A DNA stretch of 59,466 nt from Phoronis australis (taxonomy: Eukaryota; Animalia; Phoronida), in NCBI GenBank assembly GCA_002633005.1, contig NMRA01000048.1:501745-561210 (forward strand). Reading direction: 5' to 3'. Within the stretch, counting starts at the first letter, position 1; every line of letters begins with the position of its first letter. The notes below the pieces were generated by a model. The model was given only the letters and a program-made list of their open reading frames with translations, was not told where the DNA came from and made no database searches. Below are positions 50,331 to 59,466 of this stretch, piece by piece. Made by a program: the position numbers and the translations under genes.

Positions 50331-50743
50331 TCTGCTACGTTATACTGCAACGAAGATTAAAATTGTTCATCTACAAGAAAATTTCTCTGTTTTTTGAAAC
50401 CATACCTAATTCCAGATAGCGAATACTTTTATTTGGCGGCCCTCATTACTCTACGCGACATATGCAGTTCTACACGTCACGTTTATTTTCCCTTGTACTG
50501 ATCTGTGGTGAACAACAGTGGTGAAGTAGATAGAGACGACGACCACGATGACGACGAAGACGACATATCAACGTTGATAGCGGTGCGGGTAACAACAATA
50601 TAATCACCTACAAAACCGAAAATCTTCCAACTTCCTCAGAACCTTTCGATTGTAGTCTAGGGGCTCTCAGGCAAGTGTGTTAATCTACATTAATATTTTA
50701 GAGCCACCTCGCATAGTTGCGTGTTTCGTGCGAACGACTTTGG

Positions 50744-50757
50744 GTTACCAAGGAAAC
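50744..50757. promoter_or_regulatory. RFX X-box (GTTACCAAGGAAAC)
   Basis: Strong X-box match ~410 nt upstream of the ATG of the minus-strand metallophosphoesterase gene. Confidence 0.5.
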
Positions 50758-53558
50758 CGACAAACTCCAGCAACTCTGTTTTACCTGTTACTCGACACAA
50801 GACCTTTGAAATGCAAGCATCAGACAACGCTAACATTATGTTCATTCCATGTGTAATTTTGTTGGGATTTGTTTGCCAATGCCGGCATTGGCTGACCCGA
50901 GGCGATTTTGTTTGTTCAACCTCAGCCCATTAGTTTAATGGTCTGAGGTTCAGTGAATCTTAATTTGTTTGTGCAAAGGTTAAGGATGTATTGCCGGCTT
51001 TTGAAGAAACGTTCACTGCGTGCTAGTCAGTATGATACCAGTGGGCTGCGAGTGTTTTCAAGAAGAAATGATTAAAGAAGTTAAGTGTTCTTGTGTTCTT
51101 AAAAAGATAACACAAGCATTAAAATTGTATTTCCTCAGAATTTAGCTGCCCTGAAAACAACGAAAAAAACTTAAGCCGTCACAAAATATTCCTTACGATA
51201 GGACTTGACTTGTGTCACCACCACCACCAACATTGCTATTTAGCGACTCAAAAACGCTTCAAAGATTTTCGATGTAGACCAACCATAAAATTGCGAATTC
51301 AAAAATGGCGTATCAGCAAGGTAACTGTTTTCAAACACCACGAGTTTTGGTTTAGAATTGATTGAGCAACAAAGAGTGGCGAAATATACCGCTTTACAGA
51401 GTTAGCAGTAAAACAGTAATCTTTGTTTTGTCAAGACATTGTATGTTAGCTTTCAACATTTACTACAGAATTGCATAAACTTTCCCTATGAAACTGTGTC
51501 CATACGCCTTTGTCCTGAGTGAGCATTCAATAAAATCAGTGCAAAAAATGTTTAGGCTATGCAGAACCCTCAAAAATGGCCACATTTGGCAAACTTCGGA
51601 ACATCAAATCTCAAAAAATGGCTGATCTGATTCATACAAAACTTTCAGACGTCATGCTTTATAAACTGTTCTCTAAAACACCGTTAGGAATTGGCTTTAA
51701 AATTTTCCACTTTTGCATTAGGGGCTAACAAAAGTAGGATTAATAATTTTTGTTAAAAAAATTAAGGTTGAGATTTCACATTGAAGATTGATATCATGTT
51801 CTTGATGGCGTTGTGTTGCTATGGGTGTTCCTTGATGGCGTTGTGTTGCTGTGTGTGTTTCTTTCTTTTAGCTATTTTTTACTAAAATATGGACACATGA
51901 CCCAATTGATAGCAGCTTGATATGAATTTAAAAAAAACAAATTGTACAGGCTTTCTACTTTCAGAAAAATTCAAATTATATACTTTTACTGAGTTAAATG
52001 TATAATTTGGTACTTTGGCAAGATACACCGACAGGTCGATAAGGTCATACATAACTGACTGAACAAAACAAAAAGTTAATACCCCATAAATCGTTAATAT
52101 GCAGCAGCACGTTTCACGATTTTCAGTTTTCATGTCGAAGGCATCTTCTATCGATTTTCATCAATCTCGTGGTCGTCGATGATAAACATCTTAATTTTCA
52201 TCAAAAAATTAAGTCATTTACTGAGTTTTATATAAAATCAAAAATTCATCAATAGCTCTTTCGTTAAGTAAATTCTACGATTAGCAATTTCCGTTTTCAT
52301 AGTGCAGCTCTATCTTTCTCCGTCCGCAAAGTTTAATTCTTTTGAATGTTCTTTACAACCGTCGATCTGAGAGTTTATACAATGAATATACCTGGCGTGT
52401 TTAAACTTGTATGACAGAGATAGGTAATAGTCTGGTGTATCAGACTGAGAGAGTACTTCTGAACATACCATGTAAGGACTATCATACTTACATCAAAATA
52501 AAATAGGTATTATTGTATGAGTCTATCATTGTTTGGATTAGATAGCAAGGCACAAGTAATTTAAAAACTGTGGGTAGACCACGGAGAAACTGTATCAAGA
52601 TCCATGCATGTACCACTAATCAACTGTCCGTAATACTGAAAAAGTGTTTGTGTCCCTATCCTAAGAGCGCAGTGGAGTTGATTGATGTCGACCCGTATTG
52701 AAATTTATACCGCTGTAAAGCTTCAAAATGGTTTCGAATATTCCAGTAGACCAACATGGTGATAGTTTATCGTTATCACTATAGGCGATGAACTGAGGTA
52801 CATTACCGTAAGACGAGAAAAGACTTAAGTTCATACAATTTAATAATGCTATACATAATTATACATCCTTCAATGCCAATAATCATCAACTTCAGAATTA
52901 AATTAGGACGTTTTTGTGAATTACTGAACTTAATCCTCCATGTAATGACCAAATCAGTCGGCGAAAACCAATCACCAGTTTCGACCAGGGCTCTAGTCAG
53001 TTGGTGTCGGTTGTGTTCCCTTAACTTACGGAGATCGACGTATTTTTGCTGTATTCAGGGCCCTGGTGTCCACTCTTCAGACCAGGGGCACGGTCAGTAA
53101 TCCCTGCTATATCCTACCTTTCAACTTTAGCCTTTAAATTTCTGTTGATTGGCAATCTATGTCTTTTTCATTTGTCGAACGATGTTAATGTTTGATGGAG
53201 GCTTATCGCGGTATCTTCATTTGCGAACTGGGTTAAATGCGCACCGGCGATGCCACAGTTGTTTGACCTGTGCCAGGCAACCTTGATAACATGTTAGTAT
53301 GCGAAATAATAAAGGAACCGTTGTTATTTGACAAGGTATTCATTCAAGGGCTGAAAACACAAAGGGTGGGTTCGCCATGTGTAGTTCACACTGATTCTCT
53401 TCTATTGTCAAGTTGGATTTGGCAAGTTGGAAAGAATGCCAGACTACCCTAAGCTTTGAACTATTGAAGCGTTAAATAAAAGAACTAAAATGTTGCAGAA
53501 AAAATACGATAAATTTGACGATCAAGGTTTTTTATATTATTTCATTTTTATTACAAGT

Positions 53559-53600
53559 ACTCGACGTTTCACAGCTTCCACTGAGCTGTATTTTCAAGAG
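53559..53600 (-). ncRNA. Minimal hammerhead-ribozyme-like motif of a Penelope-like element 3' end
   Basis: Minus strand: CTC-TTGAAAA-T-ACAGC(TCAGTGGAA)GCTGT-GAAACGTC-GAG, followed by AATAAA. Confidence 0.55.
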
Positions 53601-54415
53601 AATGAATGCATACAATATGCAATACATGCATATATGACAGAGACTATGTAAGTATACCGGATGTTATGTTAGGGCCAAAATCAAACATAAAACAAAAAAT
53701 CAGATATTTGACTTAAGCGATAAGTGGCTATGTAAAAGCGCTCGAATTTTTGAGAATACAACCTTTTTCTAGGATTCACGGAGTACGTTCAGAGCCGCGT
53801 GAATTGTGCATTCGCCGAACTTTTGGTAGTTCCTGCCTTTTTAGAAGACTTTTGTATCGTTTTCCACTTATTCGGAGGTTTTTTTTCTCTGATGGGACCT
53901 TTTTGTCCACTTCGCCAAATGTGAGAGTTGTAGGGGTTTTTTTTGAGCATGCTCCGAAAAAACCCTATTATACTCGGAAGATCTGCTACTGACTCCGAAA
54001 TTTTATTCACTCCAAAGAATCCACTACTACAAAAATCTCACACCTCTTTGAATAATATGAAAACACTAGTTTGGTTCATTTTGGATACGTTTTTTGGCCA
54101 AGCTAACTTCGAAGAACACAATAAATGAGTCGTTAACAAGTCAGAAGAAACAGCAGAAACAAGTCATTAGACTTCATGGTCAAAATTTTCTTATTTTTGC
54201 GTGGACAGTTTGATACCAATGTAACTTTCAGTTTAGACTAATGTTTTTCAGTTGGAGTCGGTGGTGGGACTAGATGAATCAAGTATCAATATCGTTTTCA
54301 AAATTTGAAAATTGGTCCACTGAGTAGTTTTCTAGTAAAAATCAAAAGACGTAGTAGTAGGCCCTGGTGGGCCTTCAGAGTAGCGGGGCCTTCGGAGCCA
54401 TGACGTAGCTGTTAC

Positions 54416-54704
54416 CAGTGGTGGATTTAGGGTGGGGGAGCAAGGGGGCCATGGCCTCCCTAAAATTCTACCAGATACTATTTGGCAGTTCGGGTGCGAA
54501 TTGCTGACCAGCACATGCGCGCAACCAGGGAGCTCGGGGGTGAATAAACTATGAACAAACCCCGTTTACCGTTTTTTTAGTCAAAAGGTCTGCAGATCAA
54601 CCCCTGCATCCCTATGTTTTAGGCTAGGCACGCATCTACCGAAATTCTGGTTATTCCTGTGCCCTGCCCCCCCCTCCTAAGTCAAAATCCTGGATCCGCC
54701 CCTG
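54416..54704. mobile_element. GC-rich hAT-like MITE
   Basis: TIRs CAGTGGTGGATTTAGG / CCTGGATCCGCCCCTG; GTTAC on both flanks. Confidence 0.65.
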
Positions 54705-55182
54705 GGTTACCCCTCATACATGAAGTTCATGCAGAGCTAGGTCTTGTCAAGTATTTATCATCGAACCAGGGCGAAGTTCTAAGGTATGAAGGCTTGTCAG
54801 CTCTCTTGACACCCGATTTCGTTGCGTGGTTTTGTCTTTTTACGAGTTATGGCCACTCCTTCATTTCGCATGAAAAGAGGCGACTTGAATTTTGGTAGTT
54901 ATGTTTTTGGTTTTTGTTTCCCAACTATAACTTTAGGCAATTACTAACTTTAACAACTAGCTTGAGTTGTATGTGAGGTGTTCGTTTTATTCACGTAGAT
55001 ATGAACCACACGCAGCAACTGTCGCCTCCCATTTACTAGTTAGTACTGCCACGTCTGCTATATTTTTCTTTCTCTGTCCGTAACAGCTGGTTAAAGGTAG
55101 CTGACAGTGCCGCGCTGCCAAGTCCTACTGAACTGCTTACACGGAAAGTGCGCAATGTCAGCTTTCCTAACAAGAAAAAATG

Positions 55183-55253
55183 TGCACTAGCCGGGAATCG
55201 AACCCGGGCCTCCCGCGTGGCAGGCGAGAATTCTACCACTGAACCACCAGTGC
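55183..55253 (-). tRNA. tRNA-Gly(GCC)
   Basis: Minus strand reads GCACTGGTGGTTCAGTGGTAGAATTCTCGCCTGCCACGCGGGAGGCCCGGGTTCGATTCCCGGCTAGTGCA. Full cloverleaf, A and B boxes, followed by a T6 Pol III terminator. Confidence 0.96.
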
Positions 55254-55820
55254 TTACTGAATATCAATGGGAAATTTTATGTATATCTTTCAGTACAAAA
55301 GCTATCTTGACCAAAAGAGGGCATATGCATATATCCGGCTGTCGACGACTAATATAAAACAGCAGGAAAAGATAACCGTGAGTTATCGTTCGTTAAGATT
55401 TTATCACTTTCCATTAACCCTCATTTACACCCTTTATTCTGTTAAAATCATTGACCAGTTACTGAATGACACATCGAGCGCCATGTTTTGAATTTTCGAA
55501 ATCTTGAATTACATTCAGTTCTAAGTTAAAACTTCTACTAGTCGTGATGACAGTTGCTATGCAGTGGCACCGTCCATAGACTATAGATAGGGACTGCCAA
55601 CTCCCGTTAGAGCGCGTTGCGCATGTCGCGGACCACGGGACATAAGCACTAACGATGAGAGGGCGCTGGTGGCACTGACAAGACCATTAGGCATTACCCC
55701 TCATTTACATAGTCACAGGTAGCTCAATAGGCCGTGTATAAGGTACCAATACAGATTTTCCATGTTACTGTTTATGAACAACATTTGTATTGTTTTTGTA
55801 GGCTGGTATAGTTTGAGACC

Positions 55821-56557
55821 ATGGCCTGGCATGGGGTAAGTATTCAAACTATTCAATCCTAGGTTAGGTGATGCTGGAATTCTGTTCTGTGAACCTGACA
55901 TCTAATAAGAAACAATTACGTTTCAAAATTTGTTGAACACAGTTCACGATTAATTTTTTTCAACGATATTCGCTCGAGCTTCCTGTGTCTTTGCCGGTCA
56001 TGCGCAGCACATTACAATAAAGCAGATGACAAGAGACACAAAGAGACTAATGATTGAAATGACAGCTATTTTTTGACTGTCATTTCAATCATTTTGTTTT
56101 TTATGTCTCTTGGCAGTCTACTTTATCATTGCGCTGGGAACTGGACCGTTAAAGGTACAGAGAGCTCGAGCGAATATTGTTGATTATTACTAAATAAATC
56201 AGAAACCTTTGTGTGTTCAAAAACTTTTTCAACAGAAGGGGCTGCTGCCAAATTATTCTAGCAATTATATGTTGTAAAAAAGAAATTGTTGATAGTGCCA
56301 ACCTTTGCCTTGCCACTGTGTATTTATTCAAGAAATCGTTTCTTTCTAGTCAAACCAATTTTCACCTAATATGTTTGGAGGTTTTGGCACAGGAGGGGGC
56401 TACGTCAACGCATATCCCCCTACCACAGGGCCTCCACAACCTGGCGTGTTTGGAGGGTATGGTTATGGATCGGCTTACAACAACCATGTTGCAGTACAAA
56501 ATTACCAAATAGGAGTAGCTCCCCCACCCCCTGGCTTTAGACTACCCAACGAACAAG
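55821..56557 (+). CDS. 5' exons of an unidentified protein with Gly/Pro/Tyr-rich N-terminus (continues beyond the window)
   Basis: Exon 55802-55835 (ATG at 55821, MAWHG|GTAAGT) splices in frame to exon 56350-56557 (SNQFSPNMFGGFGTGGGYVNAYPPTTGPPQPG...PNEQ G|GTGAGT). Downstream exons not identified. Confidence 0.62.
56003..56137. repeat. Imperfect palindrome
   Basis: CAATAAAGCAGA..CAAGAGACA..ATGATTGAAATGACAG is mirrored by CTGTCATTTCAATCAT..TGTCTCTTG..TCTACTTTATCATTG. Confidence 0.7.
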
Positions 56558-59289
56558 GTGAGTTGGAGAATGGCAATTGTTTTCAAAGCTCTACAAATTG
56601 AAAAATTTGATCTTAATCACTCTCATTGAGCTCACGCATGTTGTATTACAATTGTGCTTAAACTAGAATTCTTACGGTGACATTCTCACCCATTGAGTTT
56701 GGGCAACTCAACCTGTACCTGTCCACTACTTACCCTGCTATTTTCAAAGAAACTATCCTGCTTCAGCTGATGTTATCGGAGATTAAGTTTGGTAATCAGT
56801 CACTCAGTTGCCTTTCAACATGGCTGTAAACTCCGGGAGCAACATTTTGAAAGTTTTTAAATAGTACAGTAAAAATTCCCGAATTTAGGACAGTGAAAAA
56901 TGAATGCTTCGAACCTGTCCTAAATTTTAGAAATAGGCAATATTGACTGTCCAAAATTCAAGAAATATGAGTGAGACAGGAAAATTGACCGTGTCCAAAA
57001 TCTTAGAATTTACGGGGATATCGAGTTCTGACAACATTTCGATTTGCAGTTTTATTCAGTTAACATTCGCGCAAATTCACACGATGTCATCAAAAATATA
57101 AACAGTGATGTTACTGACTCTGAACACAATCGACTTACCAAACTTTATGATAGGAAATAGATTTAATTGTCGTGTAACATGCCTTGACTGATTGTTTGTA
57201 ATATCCATTGGTGCTCAATGTCTTCACGTTAAACTATTCGCACATCAAACACAGATGACTTGGCTGCTGTCTATGTAACCCTGGTTTGTTTCTGCGGCAG
57301 CGCGTGTGACATACTTATGAGTCACTTGTCACTCAAACAGACCTTAACAAAACAGCGTTCCTGCCAAGGAGATTGTAAATAAGGACCCTGGGGTATTAGC
57401 TCTATTACGTATCCAGCAGAAGTTTATTTGGCAATTATTGAATTGTTTCTTTGTGCGACTAGAACTGGGGTATATTCAATAAATAAAAGTTTGGAATTGT
57501 ACTTCTGAAACATGCAGTAGGCCAGATCACAATTTAACTGAGGTAGGCTCTACATAGTTCTAACCACAAAACACCACCACACGTAGCTGGCTACAAGTTT
57601 GTTAGCTTCTTCGAAGCTAATTATGGTTTAAAATAAACGTGGTTCATCCTGATAATCTAGGACCTTGCAATCCTGGTACTGCTGTTACTTGTAATAAATT
57701 TTATGTTCTATATTTAATCCAGCCTGATAGCAGTGCCGTCCGCTCGTCATAAATTTAACTTATTTTTTATGCGTGTATGCCCAGGTTTCATTTTACAAAT
57801 CACACGACAAAGACTGCGTGCATGTACGGTTGGGCTACAGCATGGTCGGGCACATGCCCTAGGAGATTTCTCGACTTAGTCGACAGTTCATAGAAACTGG
57901 AGGAATCATAAGCTGTGTTGTGACAGGGAAAAACAAACGAAGCCAGCAAACGGGGGCCTCGATGTTCCTTGTGTATATACTTTTTCTAGGAACCGTAAGA
58001 GAGAAGCAAAGATCTTAAAGGAAAAAGAGTTGATGGGGGCGGGGTAAAAGCCTGATGTGTTAGATCTGTGGTTACATTCTTGTAAATATATGCAGTCTTT
58101 CAAACATTTTATTAATGTTCAATGAAGTCGCGTCACAGTTGGCCTGTTTTCAGATGAAGATGGTACGTTGTATCTTACTATTTTGTGGCTCCTTTTAGAG
58201 GGGCTCAAACATACATGCGTGGAGGAAAGGTGTAACAGTGCTGAGATTGAACCCAGTAACACCAAGCATATCTGAACGAGACATGAAAGGGGCTGGGGAC
58301 AGGTGGAAACATAACAAGTTTGATTTAAGATCAATAGGTTCACACTCTGTTTTAGATGATGTCAAAGTTCTTAACCTTGGTGCGAGAGAGCCCAAACATT
58401 TTGTGTAGAATGTCAGAACGGAAACATAAAGATATATTTGCAACAAGAATTTGTTTAACTTATACTGCACAACAAACTAGGACTAGTCTGTTTTAATTTG
58501 ACTCTGAACTAGACCATTTTGCTGGTTCAGGCACGTATATAAGCATGGCATAGCGAAAGTCAGGGTACCGAGAGGAAGGTAAATGGGCCACAGGTTCGCA
58601 GAAAAAAATGAGGCCGGGGGAATCTGGGATCAGACTTCGTAACACAACGGTCTCATCACATCAGATGTTAATCCAAATACAAAGCGTGACACTGTGGCGA
58701 TTACACAAAAGTCAGAACATCCATTTTATTTGCATAGCGGAACCACAACCAAGCTTTGCGAATATTTTGAGTCCGTGATTACTGTCAAGAAAACGTGCTA
58801 GATATATGCCCAAGCAACCATCCACATCCTTAACTGTAGACTGCGACATCAGTCAATATATTACACCAGCGGCAGTTTTAAACGATGTGTAAATAATCAC
58901 CGTTACTTGATGAACTTCCAGATTTACATTCAGCTCCCGATCATGGGAAAACGTGCACAGTCCAAAATGTGAGAATTACGGCCAATGCTGCTAAAATCGT
59001 CATGTCGGAAATTTGAGAAATATGGTGAATGCTAAATATCAGAATCAAAAACAATTCAGTTTCGGTTTGAATTTAGGTGTGCGATATTCATGAATTTTTA
59101 CTGTTTATTTGAATAGTTTGCGAAAAGTGCACGTGGTTAGGCTTTTGAATTTTGAAAATCGGACAAGAAATGTGACTTTTTGTAACCTAAAACTGGAAAG
59201 TAATGCGCAGCAATATTCTGCTTCTGTCATTAATTCTGCTCGCAACATAATAGGCCAAAAGGTCATAATCCAGCAGTTGGAAATCGAGG

Positions 59290-59466
59290 AATGCCATGTG
59301 TACAATGCCATGTGTACAATGCCATGTGTACAATGCCATGCGTACAATGCCATGCGTACAATGCCATGCGTACAATGCCATGCGTACAATGCCATGCGTA
59401 CAATGCCATGTGTACAATGCCATGTGTACAATGCCATGTGTACAATGCCATGTGTACAATGCCATG
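59290..59466. repeat. 14-bp minisatellite running off the window
   Basis: Unit ATGCCATG(T/C)GTACA, more than 12 copies. Confidence 0.95.

Noticed and set aside
59105-59465. His/Cys-rich repeat ORFs
   Set aside because: Translation of a 14-bp satellite.

Overview
Eukaryotic (animal, most likely marine invertebrate) genomic DNA: AT-rich, intron-rich and dense in repeats, with four single-N assembly joins (702, 22048, 29222, 48515). Manual splicing recovers six protein-coding genes. They are the 3' part of NOL11 (+, 11 exons, including a U12-type intron), mitochondrial thioredoxin TXN2 (-), a TEX33/CIMIP4 homologue (+) with two duplicated alternative last exons, an uncharacterised 301-aa gene (+) preceded by RFX X-boxes, a 544-aa N-myristoylation-motif protein with a bacterial-type LpxH/YbbF-like metallophosphoesterase domain and degenerate metal ligands (-), and the 5' end of a Gly/Pro/Tyr-rich gene (+). 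There is also one tRNA-Gly(GCC). Introns and intergenic DNA hold Kolobok-type THAP transposon relics, hAT-like MITEs with 5- or 8-bp TSDs, Harbinger-like MITEs, foldback elements, a Penelope-type minimal hammerhead and many minisatellites, several born from transposon ends. Most notable: a run of three putative RFX-regulated ciliary genes, one of which looks like a domesticated prokaryote-type pseudo-phosphoesterase. All homology calls are from recall of family motifs, not from database searches.
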